Made by a program: the position numbers and the translations under genes. Shown here piece by piece: positions 23,967-38,900 of a stretch of DNA of 64,000 bases; positions within the stretch are counted from its first letter, which is position 1; the number at the start of each line of letters is the position of its first letter. Under the pieces are notes generated by a model, which ran no database searches, had not been told where the DNA came from, and worked only from the letters and a program-made list of their open reading frames with translations. Location of the stretch: positions 5,920,600 to 5,984,599 of the forward strand of contig NC_134036.1 of assembly GCF_964204645.1 (NCBI RefSeq), written 5' to 3'. This stretch comes from Tubulanus polymorphus (lineage: Eukaryota; Animalia; Nemertea).

Positions 23967-26900
23967 CTAAACCGCGGCTATGGTCGTTCTCGTGCCTCTC
24001 GTCAACATGGGCGGCTTTGTCGACGGTCGACGCGTCAGTCGGTTCTTTTTGTCGGCGATGAAATCTTTCTCGACGTCGAGCAGCTCCTCGACCAGGTCGC
24101 GTCGGCCGGTGCGGCTCAGGCACTTGCGCAAAATCGACACCTGTCGAGAAGAAAATCAATTCAAAGAAGTTAATATTTCATTTTTAGATGATTTTTTAAG
24201 AAATACGGTTGACTGGTTAATTCTACCCAGAGTTGATGTTCGAATACTTAGTAATTTGATGCTAAATACTGAATTAGAGTTAGTAGAATTTGTTGCTTAC
24301 TAACGGTACAGTTTTACCACGAGATAGTAGTGTCAAATACTAAGTAAGAGTTTGTGAAATACATTAGACTCTGTCTCATACTGCGGTACAGATAAGACTG
24401 GTAAAATTCTACCCCGAGTTGATTTAAAATACAGAGGAAGAGTTTGTGAAATATAGTAGACTCAATATTTGATTTTATTTCATTGATGTTTTTACTATGC
24501 GACCTGCGTTGCGACCTACCTTGTTAGCGCCTCGTGGTAATCGTTTCATCCACGTTGTCAACATCTCGTATTTAGCCTCTTCATCGGATCGTCTTTGCCC
24601 GGTGTTCTTGTTAATGTTACCTGCAAATTCAGACGGTTGAAAGGGTTAATCACAAGTATCTATTCAGCGGTCTATTCATCTCCTTTTCATGCATATTTCG
24701 TTACTTTATCGTCTTGATCCCGTCGATTTGCGATCAAAAACACTTCATACGTGTATTGAATTCGAATTAAAACTGAACTACAAACATCAGGTATGGGACA
24801 TATTGTTAGTAACTTTTCAAAAACTGATCGTCCATACTGCATGTCCAGTACTTCGGCGGAAGCATTTTTCAACCCCAAACACTTCGTCCGTGTTTAAGAC
24901 AGAATTGAACTGACAATCGGCCTAAAACACTAAGTATTGGACGTTTTATTTGCAACGTGTCAAAAACCGATCTTCCACGCGTCTCACGATTCCAGGACTT
25001 CACCCGAGATATCATTAATTGAAAATGAACTACACCAGATGGAAAGGCATCTCATCGGCGCACTTACGAGGACTGATCTTTCAGATTTCACCCGAGTTCA
25101 GGACTTCACATGGAACAATCAAAACGACCACAAAACTCTGCAATGTCCAATGTCCACGGCCCAGTTTCACAAAAAGGTTTAACTCTTAAATCGATTTAAT
25201 TTCTTCATCAATTCAGTTCATAACTTAAATCGGTTTAGACCTTAATCCTTTTTGTGAAACTGGCTTCTGGACATTAGACATAACGCTATTGATCAACTGC
25301 TTACAAATGATTGCCTGTACGCGGACCCGTCGCAGTCCGAGGTAATGAGCCAGTTTCTTCCATTCGTCTCCTAGTTCTTCCGCCAGGTGGTGCAAATACT
25401 CGTCGTCGACGGGGTCTTTGATGTTGGACAGAAGCACGACGGGCGCTTTCACTATAGGATGTACCGGTTCAATATGATCCTGAAAAATGAAAAAAAAAGA
25501 TCTTATTTATGAACTTCATTTTCAGATAACTCTTTCTTTTATAACAAAATTATCACGATGAATACCGGTTAGATAAATGACGGGGCGATTGGATACTAGA
25601 ATTGATAACACCATTACGCGAATAGCTAATTTAGAGGCTGTGTTTGGGCTCAGTTATCAGCAGCTGAGCTTAAGTTACACCAAGAACCTTAGTGTCCGAT
25701 GTGCCACTGGGTGGTTGGTTACACTAGGATCGTAAAGCAACGGAGATCACTGTGGAGACAATAATAATGATAATAATAATTGACATTTATATAGCGCAGG
25801 TATCCGAACTAGAGTCTGTTCAAATGCGCTCCAAACTTGGTATTATTGTCCCCAGCCTATAACTTTATTCCATGAGACAACCACTGCCAGGGCTGGGTGA
25901 AAGCTGGTGTTCATGTCCGTGGTTTCTATTTTCAGGCTTAGCGCGGATGCCTACGTCACACGTCAAAAGAATAGTTTTTGTTTCATTACCAAGGAGAAAA
26001 TATGGATGGAAATTACTCAAAATAACCGCGACGAAAGAAAGACAAAAATATGAAAACCGTAAGTCTATATATCTCTTGCTTGTTTCTAAATCCCCATTGT
26101 TATTTCAATGCGTTCAGTTCGGCTGGTGATATACGATAGATCCCGTTTGTTTTTAGATCCCCGCTATCGTGTTAATTTCATAGGTTTGGCTAGTGATATT
26201 CGACAGTTCATAGTTTGTTGCTGCATCCCCTTTTTTGCGATATAAATGAAAAATGATTTTCATATGCCAGTTTCTATATCCCCATTATCAATGCTTTAGG
26301 ACGATTCGACGAGTGATTTACATATCATGACAAGTGTTAGCAGTTTCAATATCCCCATTTTTATGTTAATGCTATACGTTTAGCGAGTGATTTACATATC
26401 AGCAGATTTTCATTATTCCATTCTGTAAAAAAGGCAGATTTTGCTGACCTTCGGTATATTGACCATCAACTGGCACAACAGATCGTGCCTAACTTCGGTG
26501 ACGTACTTCGGCCCGTCGTCCTGTTCTTCGCCGTCAGATGGTGCCACCTGGTCCGCCGTCTGGTCGTCCTCGGTCGTCGCTTGTTGTTCGGTTTCGTCGG
26601 CGGGTTGCACTTTCTTCTCAGCTAGCGACATCTGTTGGGAGAATAATCTAACAAGAATTACGAGGGAAATCAGAACGGCTAGTCCGTTTATCTAATCGAA
26701 AGGTTCTCGCCACCGAAGCCCCCCCCCCGATGACATCCGTATGAGATTGAATGACTTTACATCCCCTAATGACGTCATTGATATGGCTATTATTGATTGC
26801 TTATAATTTCGGTTGGTCCAATTGAAAATCGGCCTTTTGATGGAGTCTTTATGGGATTTAGATGGTAGTTATCATTTATTTGATCCTAGAGACTCTTCAA

Positions 26901-29900
26901 TAGAACATGGCTTACAAGATCAAATGGCTAGATATGAATATTTTGTTGACATCATAAGGTGAATATCATAATATGTTATTTCGTGTTAAGCTCGTGAAAC
27001 TAACCCTTTTCTTAGCGGCGGCTTTCATCGCCACTGTTTCCGGCTCAGGCGTGACGACCTTCACCTCTTCGGTGCGTTTGTACATCTGTATCATGCCGCG
27101 GAAGACGGGGTACTGGCGCTGCAGGTACTGACTGGCTTCCGTCGCCCAGAAACCGACCCCGGATCGCAGTTGGGAATTGAAGGCGAACAGTAGCGGCGAG
27201 TCGTCTTCGTTCTTCACGTTGCCTTTGAACATCACTTCGACCACGTCACCTATAGCGGATGAAAATGTCAGAAAATGTGTATGTGAATCGGCGACGTTTG
27301 CATTTCCCCTGCCAGAACAAGATCTGTTATTCGTGCAACCTTTCTTTGGCAACCGATTTTTTCTCAACGCATTATTTCACAAGCGTCTGTACTTAACCTG
27401 ACACATTCTCCATTCAAAATAGATCACGCAGACCATACATAAGACATTTTATCGGATCATTTCAAAAAGGGATCATAAGGCCTGTAAAGTCGGGTTCCAA
27501 TTGAATGTTGCATGTGTATTATTAGTCTACCTACCCTCGTGCAGTTGGATGTCCGGCCCGACGTCCGGTCCGTCGTCGAAGCCCTCCTCTTCTAAACGTT
27601 CTAGGGTTTTGTCCAGTTTCGGTAACGTGGCGCATTCGACGGCCACGCTATTCGGTTCATCCCCTCTGAAATCGAATCGAAACATTCGATAATATCCAAG
27701 ATGAATATTATTCGGTTCATGTATCGTGACACTAACCGAACGTCCAGGGACATCGATAACACCCGCCAGGCTAAATTTCATTACAATAGTAATGAGACTG
27801 AATCGTAAATGGCTGGACTGCGTAAAATGCAGTTTTTTGTGACGATTTACAGTCAGGGTTAAAATCGACGCTTAACAGTCGGTTTACGTGCCTCAGAAAT
27901 CGTTACCATATCGCCTTAGATCAAAAGGCTCAGGCACCGAACCTATAGAGTAGCCTTGAACCTTTTTGAACCTTATGGCAGAAATGTTGCATACACGCGG
28001 GGACTTTAAATTGGGTACTAGATTATATTCCTAATACCACAGGGACTCGTCATGAAACATTTGACCAGTTATCCTAGGTACCACCCATATAAACTGATTT
28101 ATTATAGAATTATGACGCCACTTCCTTCAACCACATGAGACGTTCATTGTTTCCGTGTGGCCTCTCGTAATTATTCCGCAATTTTTTTCTAACCTTGGTT
28201 TAACGATGAACCTAAGTTTAGTTTTCAGAATTTTTAGTCTTTTTATAACATGTCACCGTATTTCTAATCGAAAACGTTTTCGATTATGTTTACCTTTGTT
28301 TCACGACGAATTTCGTGACTTTCTGAGACAGATAATCCTCGATGTAGGAGGCGAATTGACGCGCCTCGGAGTCGTCGACGGTCGTTTTCGTGCGGACCAC
28401 AGTGAATCTAACGATATCGGTAAAAAAATGAAAATCAGTGAGATACCGAATTTCGGAATAAGGGATTGAATTAGATTAATCATGGTCGGTTAAAACTTAT
28501 TCCTTTAATGTCGAAGAGTAAATGGTTTATCCCTGTTGAGCAGAGATAAGGGGTCAATTGCAAAGTCGGGTCTTAGATTGAATACCATTCTGACAACGTA
28601 AGACCAATCTCGTGGATTGAGACAACTTAAAGCCTCTGGGGCCGGTTGCATAATCCGGACGTAGACTTAAGACCAGTCTAAGACCATCTTAGTTCTATTG
28701 CCAATCTAACAACTAAAGACCAGTCTCAAGATTTAAGGACTTAATTTTTGGACTGAAGCCATGACTCTGCAACTGGCTCCAGGTTACTAACTAAGCAACA
28801 AGATCCAGGCCGTGAAATAAGGCTCAACCCAGTGTATTTGGGATGTGAGCCATTTTAAAAAATCATTTTTATTTCCGGAATTCTAGTGTAGACTGTTGCT
28901 GATATATGGATGTCAATCTGTTCAAGATTATCTAATTAATTAGTGACTCCTCAACTTAAACGGTATCACTTACTGCGAAAGCGTTTCGGCGAGCATGAAC
29001 TGCACGACGTCCATTTTGATTTCGGTGACCTTCACCCCGGGTACCACCTGGCAGTAGCCCTTCTCGTCGTGTGTCACCAGGTACAGATTGTCGTTTTCGT
29101 CGTCTTTAGATGGAGAAAATAAACGGATAGAAATTTTGAACAAAGTTTGGAAAGTAACTCGGACTAGAAAGTAGCGAGAATTGCGTCGGTAACTGTAATT
29201 ATAATATTGATGATATTGTTTAGTATTGATGATATCAAATATTTCAATATTTCAATATTGATGATATTAATAGTAATATAATTTAATATTGATGATATTA
29301 AATGATATGATTTAGATATTGGTGATATTGACGTACGACCACGCCACCAGGTGCAGTGTTGCGAGCGCATATTCGGGCAACGAGAGAGATACACGAATTG
29401 TCCGATCTGAAAATTGGTTATATCTGCCAACTTGAGAATTTTTGCAGTCTTAAATAGTGGTGAGGTATGGGCTCTTAAATCAGCTTTAATGATAATGCCG
29501 ACTGCTTTCTTCTGGAGGAGTTCAAGATTTCTTAAGTTAGAAGAATAAGTGGTAACCTATACGATATTACAAATAATCAGTCGTTTCAACGTACTAACCA
29601 CAAGTAAACGATTCGTTTTTGGCGGAAAGATAAAAATCTGCATGAAAGGCATTTGAAAATGAACTAAATTATGGCGCGGAAGTCGTATTGATGCATGCGC
29701 CATCTAGCGGATCAGTTGGTGCTCAGCAATGGGTTCTTGATTCACATTTCGATTCACCCGACGTTCGCTTACCGTCGTTAGTAGCGTATTGACCCATGTA
29801 CCATCTGGTGGGCGGTTTCACCGGTTCGGTGTCTTCCTCGTCGGCGGCCGCTTGTTGCTGCAGTTGAACCTTCCTGGCCGCCGCGTTACTGCGAGACGCA

Positions 29901-32900
29901 GCCGCCGCCGCTTTCTTGCGCTCGTGTTCCGGCTCGACGATACCCGTTTGTACGATCGGTTTCTTCATGCGCGCCTCTTTCAGCTTCTTCATCTCGGCCG
30001 CTTTGCGCGCTTTGACCGGGTTAGGCGGCACCGGAATTGTAACCTGTACGTAGAATAGCATGATGATTTGATTGAGTTCACCTAGGTGTTTAGAGAAATA
30101 TAGAGAAAGCCGAATCATTAAAGACATGAGCTTTTTATCATTTAGGGAATTCCATCATTCGGGAAAGAAATGCAAAGTGTTAAGTGCAAAGTCCTGCGCT
30201 TCTAGAGTTTGGGTTAAGAAACACGGCAGAGACTCGCGATGCCAACCGGTTCGAATCCCTGCGAGGGTGGAACGTGGCAATACAGCGCCATGCTGTAAGG
30301 TGCTAATTCCTGCCAGAGGTGATTGTGGCAGTGTCTAACGATTCCCTCAGGTCCGAATCCGTGCCAGGGAAGAAGGTGGCATGTCACCATGGGGCTTCCG
30401 TACTTACCAGTATCGGTTTCTTCATATCCGACTTCCCTTCCCACTGTATTTTAACTATCGAACTCGTGTTCAAGAGTCCCGAACATTCGGGTCGACGTTT
30501 CTTCATGTCCGACAGCGAATTCGAATCGACCGGCTGAATCTGTAAACAACAATAACACAAACATTGCATACTCGCCATTTAATGACTGATCATGACTTTT
30601 GATTAGTCACAAACCTAGTGTTAAACCCATTGGACTTAGAATGACTTATGGAATCGAGATCTTCTACTTAAGCTTTAGAATCAAGATATTTTACACTAGT
30701 CGAGGACTAAGCCTTCGCCATTCAAATCAAATAGTGGACCGGTGGACATTTATTAGTTTCAGGCAAAGGACTGGAACAGCGATGATTTAATTCCAAAATC
30801 TCAATTCTTAAGACTGGTCTACATATGTATGATTAAGATGGGTTAACCGGTTTAAGATCTAAGTTCTGAACTGTTCAACTCTAACACTGGGCGCGGTAAC
30901 GTCTTCAGTCCATGTGCTCTGCAGAACAGTCGCGTTCGTGTCCAGATTTAGAATCTTGATACCGGTCTTAGGTAGTTAATGATTTGCTTTAGAACTAAGA
31001 TATGGTCTTAGACTGGTTTTCGATCGAAGCCAGAGTGACTGGTCCTCGGGTGACTGGTTCGAGCATGGAAGTTACTATGAAGGCCGTCTCGTATTTTACC
31101 TGTAACATCAGATTCTCCGGTAAGTTGAACGTGTTTTTCTCGCAGGTCAGCGAGATCCTCTGATCGACCGCCGAAACTATCTTGGTGCTCTTGCCGGCGA
31201 TCACGTGGTAATCGCGTTTCAGACGAGACACGACCGCCAACCTGGTCAGCCGATCGACGCCGGCCTGCGCGAATTTCATATCCTGTTTGTAGATTTCGAA
31301 AAAAGAGAATTGAGAGAAATTCGTAGAAATGAGGAAATTACGTCGTGGTTTACCGCGGCAATCGATGATTCCACTTGTGGCAAGCGAGTATCCACCAGGT
31401 GCGCTAGTAGTCACTCTGTCGGCACGTTCAATTTTTTCTACATTTAGTTAAAATTTGATTAAATTTCCTATCGATCACTGAGTGCATTCAGTAGATCACG
31501 TGGCCAATCAGGATTCGGGGTCGTAAAGATTCACAGTTCAAAGTTGATCGATAGTGAAGTAATCTCAATTGCTGAAGACCGAGTGCCCTTTACGCCATCT
31601 GGTGGGATGTCAGGTCTTGCGGTTCCGTATATACCGACCTTGTTGTGATCGTAGGTGATCTCCTGCGTTTGTAACTCGGTCCACACGCCGTTGTATTCGA
31701 CTTTCACGACCGTTTCCCGCGAGATGGCGCTCGCTCGCGTCATGCAGTGAGGTACGGCCACGTAGATCGTTTGCTTCAACTGAAAGTTAGATGAAAATGA
31801 TTAATATAGATCCACGGATTTTGATTGAAAGCTCGTATACAGATCGTATACACAGAATTTTGATTTAAATCAACTTATTTCAAAATGCTGTCGTTTAGGT
31901 ATTTTACGTGACGTCATATTGGCCGTTGTGCACATGCGGGTCTCTTATAATAGTAGTTGACGGCTGATGCGCACGATACGCTTGGTGTTAGAAAAACAAA
32001 CATTTCATACCACCTCTCGCGCAAGAGGCTAACAAATTTCAAATTTGATGGACAGTATTTTAACCATATTGTTGTTGTGAATAAAAGGTTCCAAACCACC
32101 TTGCGCAAGCTATTTTCTATTGATTTAAACGATTTGAAATATATGAAAAGGTGATGTTATGACGGCCATTTGACGGCCAATATACAACGCTGAAGCATCT
32201 CAGCTTTCGGCCTCTAAATCGGCGAGTTACCTTTTCGTTTTCCTCGTCGCTGTTTTTCCTCTTCAATCGGATGATGTTGCTGACCAGCTCTTCGTTCGTG
32301 TTGTAAACGAAGTTCGTGTCGGTTTGTCGGAGCACCTGGCACTGGATGTCGACGGTCGGGTTCAGCGCGCCGCCGCCTCGCGCCCGGATCAAGCAGCCGA
32401 TGCCGTTGTCGAAGTCGCCCTGTGGCACGTGAATCCTGCGCGATAGAACGGGACACATTGGCACTCGATACTGAATAAGTTTTTTGAACTCAATCAAAAG
32501 AGGTCTTTATTTGAAATTGATACCCAGTAATACGAGAACATGTCTGAAATTCAAAACTGCCCACTTTTTCAGTGACAACTTCAACGATTCAGTGAAATTA
32601 TAATTAGTCACGAAATAAGGCCGCCTCATTCTCGTTCTCAATAATTTCAACGATTCGGTAAAAATTATGATTTGTTACTAGTGACAACCTTCTCATTCTC
32701 AATACGTTCTCACATCTAGTAAGAAATTATGATTAGTTGCTAATGACGACCTTGCCATTCTCGATTACTTCAACGATTCATTGAAATTATGATTAGTTAC
32801 TGACCACAGCCTTATTCTTGATGATTTCAGTGAATATTCGGTTGAATTACGAGTCGTTACAATTGACGACATTGCCATTCTTAAAGAATTCAGAGGCTAA

Positions 32901-35900
32901 AGTCTTATTATCAATAACATGAATGATTCAGCACTACGATAAGTTACCAATGACGAGCCCATTCTAGATGAAATCAATGATTTCATATTTTCGAACGTGT
33001 TCATACAACTTATATCCAACGATGCATATAATTGCTATGATTGACAACTTACACTTGAGGAGGCCACGCCTCCCACACGGGAGTCCTGCCGGTCATTTTC
33101 TGGCGCAGTTTTCGTTCTTTTTCCAATCGTTTCTTCTCCTCCTCGGCGCGGCGTTTTTCCGCTCTGAGTTTCTCCAGTTCGAGCTCTTTCTCGCGTTGTA
33201 GCGCTTTCGCCTCTTTCTCCTCGGCTCGACGTTTCGCTTCCAGTTCCTGAAATATCGCGGGGAACAGATATCTTTTAGCTTCGATTTCCGTATTGTCTCT
33301 CCTTATTCCCTCTTTACGGTCGAACCGCCGCCCAATCGACGGTTTAATCTTCATTTTAAACAACACAAACTGAGCTGTACCGCTTTGGGATTTTTATTAT
33401 CGTATAACATGAAAATCTTATTTGAAACGTTGTTATTATATCGAACGGAATGCGCAAAACGCTTAATATTCATTATAGTAGATCTAGTTATTGGAAAATT
33501 CTTGTCAAATTAGTGTCAACATATTATCACTGAAGATCACTATTAGAATATAGCGGAATCGTTGAAATATATTTTCTAGTGAAAGAAACCTTTCGGACCC
33601 CATTCTTTTTCCCTATTGTCGGATTTTACAGTATTAGTGTTGACATCGGTATGTTTTTATATGATTCAAAACGCCAACGCTATACTCCACTGTAAGACGA
33701 AAGGCGTGGGTATCGCCCACATACACTGAAGCTATATGCCAAACTTCAACCTGTAGTGCGAGTGATCTTTGCAGTGTAGTCGTTGCAACTTTTCAGCTTT
33801 ATCACGAGCCCAGTTTCAACATCAACAATGTTGTGGTCATGTCATATGAATTTTCGTATAGTTTTATCAATCATAGGATTTTATATTTTCATAATGGAAA
33901 CATCGCTTTCAATTGCTTTCTAAAGCGACGCCTCGAAGCGCAATAAATAATGAAATTACAAGACGCTACAATCATTCTAATTATGTTCTGAAAGGCGATC
34001 ATCATGGTGGCCAAAGAGCCTTTACCAAGTTTTCGGTTGAGCGCAAGAATCAGATTTTGGATCGATGCTCTGAGATCAAAAACCTTTTTCAGCAAGTAGA
34101 AACATGAAATGAGAACTAATGTCAGAGTTAAACTACGGTCACTGCTGCTGCTGCTGCTGCTGCTGCTGCTAGCAGGTTGATTAGATGTAGACATGGTTTT
34201 TCTCGCTGCTCCTGCGCGTCTCAACGTGAAAATCAATCGAATAGTTATCAGAACCACTATCACTGTCGGGAGTATAGTAAATAAAGGAGCGCGGAAAAAC
34301 ACTTCGTAATATCTCAAATATATGTTTTTAGCAAATGGCGTCAATTTTTGAGTCCATCGCTCGTGTCCGGTGCACGGATTACGGGTATAATTGGTAGCTT
34401 TATACTTAAAATTATTTTTCACCTGATCACAAACTGAAATGACCGAAACGAAAATGATGATGAAATAACTTTTCTTCAGGCTTACGATTCCTATAGCTTT
34501 CAGAGGCCAACAAACGACGATATATCTGTCTACAGCTATTAACAATGTTATCAGATCACTGAAACCAGAAAACACAAGTCGAATGAATTGAGTGTATGAA
34601 TACATGCGCTTCATAACGTGGTTTATTTCAGCAGTCATGTCCAGTAACAGCGTGTGACTGTAGAGCCGATACTGAAAGCCAAATACGATATAAGACAAAC
34701 AAATAAACATGTCCGCAACAGCCAAACATCTCAAATAGAATATACTGGTGTTGATTGTTCGTTCTTTGGTAAGAATGAGAAGAGACAGTAAATTTGTGCC
34801 GAAACCGAAGATGGCAATGCTGAAAACGACGTAAGTCGTGATCTGTAGATACAGATTCACGTGAAACGGTTTGTAATCGGCGTGATGGATGTATTTACAC
34901 CGCGGATGAGGTTTAAACCCCGCCTTCTCAGTGGTGATTGTTGTCAGGTCCGATCCGTTGAGGTCGAGAAACTGAGCGCCAACCGATACATTTTCTGAAG
35001 CCATCATTTCAGTACGCCACAGCACGCAGTCACTGTTTACCGTTTGAAAAACAATCAGTTTAAACTTTTGATTGTATCGTTGTTCAAAACACCAACGACA
35101 TCTCAAGTTATTTTCCGCTGCAAGAATCGTTTATGATATAAACTGATGAAAAACGACCGAACTGAGCAGACTCACGTACGAGCTGACGCTTAGAGACTAG
35201 AAGTTAGAATACATCAGTTCTCCGGGTTACACCAAACGGCGTAGGTAAACCTGTAATTTCGGTGTAGCGAACCTCTACCCTACCATTACATAAAGAAACT
35301 AGTGAAATAACGGATTCGAATCGAGGATGAGAAAAATGAAGCGCGTTGATGTTACCGCGGAATGATATCTGCGAAATATATAGGAAACTATATACTGATC
35401 AATGAACGAAGTTGGTTTCAACCATAGTGGTGTACGTTTTTTGCCGATCTTGTTCGACTCAACATGTCCCAACTGAACCAAGTCAAAGACAGAGTCTGCT
35501 GTATTTCATAAAACCTTACTCGGTATTTGACGCCGACTCGGGGTAGAATTTTACCAGTCTAAACTTTACCGCAGTAAGAGACAGAGATGACTGATGGACA
35601 GTTAGAGTTATAAGATAGAGGGAAATAATACCAAAAACCTTTTTATGCTTGCTCGATAAAGTTCATAGGTTCATTTTAAATCAGTCGGGCTCTATCTTAT
35701 CAAAATCCGCATTTTTGACGTGAAAACCCCCGAGATTATTGATTTCCTGAAAAATGATAGAAATGATGGTTAAATTGGTAGATATTCCGACTATCGGAAT
35801 CAAAGGACAGGTCAACGACCCGAAAAAATGTATCAATCTATTTATTATAAATTCCCCGATAATGCATCCTGACCTCAACAAGAAGTGTAACCATAGTTCC

Positions 35901-38900
35901 GAAGTGTATTTTTAGGAATAAACAGCCGGTTTTTTAGTTGAGGTGTAGTTTGGCACAGTCCCCCGGGGAACGCGTTCCATCCACGCGTTCAGACCGTTCT
36001 GATTCAGTATCAACAACATTGGGGTCATGTCGAAACTTGCTCTAAGCTTTATCAACCGCATAGTTTATCTTCATAATCGAAAACATCGCTTTCAGTCGAT
36101 TTCGAAAGCGACGCCTCGAAGCGCAATAAATGACGAAATTACAAGGATGATGTACACGTTTGGTCAAACATCTAGAAAGAGTTTGTGAAGTGCGGTCGGC
36201 TTTATGTCCTTTATGGTTTTATGTCCGATTTTGGGAAATCGCTAATAACTTGAGATGTCGTTGGTTCTTTGTACAACGATAGACTAGGAAGCTCAAATCG
36301 ATTGTTTCTATTACCAATCAGTGACTTGCGACAAACAGTCTAACAGTCACTGATTGGTAATAGAAACAATTGGTTTTAACTTCCTAATCTATCGTTGTAC
36401 TAAGAACCAGCAACATCTTAATTTATTAGCAATTTTCAAGCTGCAAGAATTGTGTACGATATAAACGGACGTAAAACAACCAAACTGAAATGAGCCAAAA
36501 GTGCGCTGACGCTAAGAGACTAGAAGTCGAAATATGCAGTTCTCGAGTTGACGCCCGACAGCGAAGAACATTAACCTGCAATTTCAGTGTAGCGAACTTC
36601 TACCCATATATTACATTCGGATATTGGATATAGCTATATCTGAATCGACAGTGAAAAAAATCATGCGCATATATCTTGCGGTAGATTAATATCTGCGAAA
36701 TATAAAGTAAAATATGCTTGTAAATGCACAAAGTAGGTTTCAACTTTGAATGCGCAGTATATATTTTCTGCCTTGATCCGGTTGGACATTGTGTCCCAAA
36801 ATGAACCAAGACAGTGTCTACTGTATTTCACAAGCCTTTACTCTGTATCTGAAACCGACTTGAGGTAGAACTCTATCAATCTCAACTCAAGCGGGTCAGA
36901 GGGTTTAGGGACAGAGTCTACTGTATTTAGCAAACTCTTACTCAGTATTTGACATCAACTCGGGGTAGAATTTTATTAGTCTCAACTTTACAGCAATAAC
37001 AGAGATGACTGGTGACTGATAGAGTACAGATAATAGGCTATTAGGGGTCAATGATACGATTGCTGCTCCTAAGTTTACTAGCGAGCATAACTTTGTCAAA
37101 ATCAAATTGTTTGATTAGAAACCCCCGAGACTAAATATTTTTCTGAATGGTAATAGACATTGCAAAATGTAAGTATTTCGAAAATGGCTCATCGATTCGA
37201 GTTGAAACATCAGACTTTACCTTAGTTTATTTATCTTAATGTGGGTTTATAAACTTCATTGACATTAGACACTTGTCTATGGAAACCAAAATTTGAAAAA
37301 CGGTTGATAATTAGACTATTGGGATCAAGAAAATATATTACGTTTTTTTTTAATTTAAAAAAATCGTGAAATACTGTGACGACGTCAACTCAAATGACTA
37401 ATGATATACAAACCGATTTTTCTCTACGAAATTAGGTCCTTTACACGAGAGTTCGGTAGAAAAACGTACACTTCAATATTAAGAGTAAATCGATGGTTCT
37501 TTTGCTTTTTAGCTATCGTTGTATTGCGAGGGTGGTCAGCGCCTTTACGTAATAGATAGCTCAGACGAAGCATGGATAACGTGAACGAGTTCAACTTTAA
37601 AAAAAGTGGAAACTCATTCGTTTTAAGCATGTTGAGAAATGATCGTAAATTTTCATATCTTATTACCGCGAATTTCGTATTAAGATAATTGCACTAAGCA
37701 AACTTATTTTTATAGGAAAATGCTATAGGAAAAGCCGGGAATTCTTAAATGCATCGTATTTGTGAGGATTTCGTTGTTTAGCCGAGCCGTACTGACGAGG
37801 TTCCATTGAATCTATCACATTTAATCTTCATAATTTAAAACATCGCTTTCAGTTGATTTCGAAAGCGACGCCTCGAAACGCAATAAATGACGAAATTACA
37901 AGACGCTACGATCATTCTGATTATATTTTGAATTTGGTTCATAATTGTTGATAACGATCCTTTTCCAAGTTTTCCGTTGAGAGTGAGAATTAGATTGTGG
38001 ATCGATGATCTGAGATCAAAAGCTTTCTTCATCAAAAATAAACATGAAATGAGAATTAACGTCAGAGTTAAACTACGGTCACTGCTGCTGCTGCTGCTGT
38101 TGGAGGTTTGATTATTTGGAGACATGGTTTTTCTCGCTGCTCCTGCGCGTCTCAACGTGAAAATCAATCGAATAGTTATTAGAACCACTATCACCGTCGG
38201 TAGTGTAGTTATAACTAGAGCGCGGGCAAACACTTCATAATATTTCAAATATGCGTTTTTAGCAAATGGAGTCAACCTCCGAGCCCATCTCTCGTGTCCG
38301 GTGCACGGATTGATAGATTGACTTGTATAATATTTGAAGTAATTTCTCATCTGATCGCAAACTGAAATGATCAAAACAGAATTGATGCAGATATAACTTC
38401 TCTTCATACCAATAATTATGAAACTTTTCAGAGGCCAACAAACGACGATATATCTGTCTATAGCTATTAACAATGTTATCAGATCACTGATATTTGAAAA
38501 TGAAAGTCGGGTGAATTGAGTATATGAATACATGCGCTTCATAACGTGGTTTATTTCAGCAGTCATGTCCAGTAACAGCGTGTGACTGTAGAGCCGATAC
38601 TGAAAGTCGAATACAATATAAGACAAACAAATAAACATGTCCGCAACAGCCAAACATCTCAAATAGAATATACTGGTGTTGATTGGACGTTCTTTACTGA
38701 GAATGATAAAAGACAGTAAATTTGTACCGAAACCCCAGATGGCTATGCTGAAAATGACGTAAGTCGTGATCTGTAGATACAGATTCACGTGAAACGGTTT
38801 GTAATCGGCGTGATGGATGTATTTACACCGCGGATGAGGTTTAAACCCCGCCTTCTCAGTGGTGGTTGTTGTCAGGTCTGATCCGTTTAGGTCGAGAAAC

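Larger units (their letters stand above)
21574..27988. repeat. Segmental duplication block matching 57508-64000
   Basis: Collinear at offsets ~35910-36010. Confidence 0.95.

Noticed and set aside
35008-35106. N-terminal extensions of GPCR ORFs in the track (also 5992, 38956, 41183, 43655, 53736)
   Set aside because: They start at non-ATG codons; the family-conserved ATG lies downstream.
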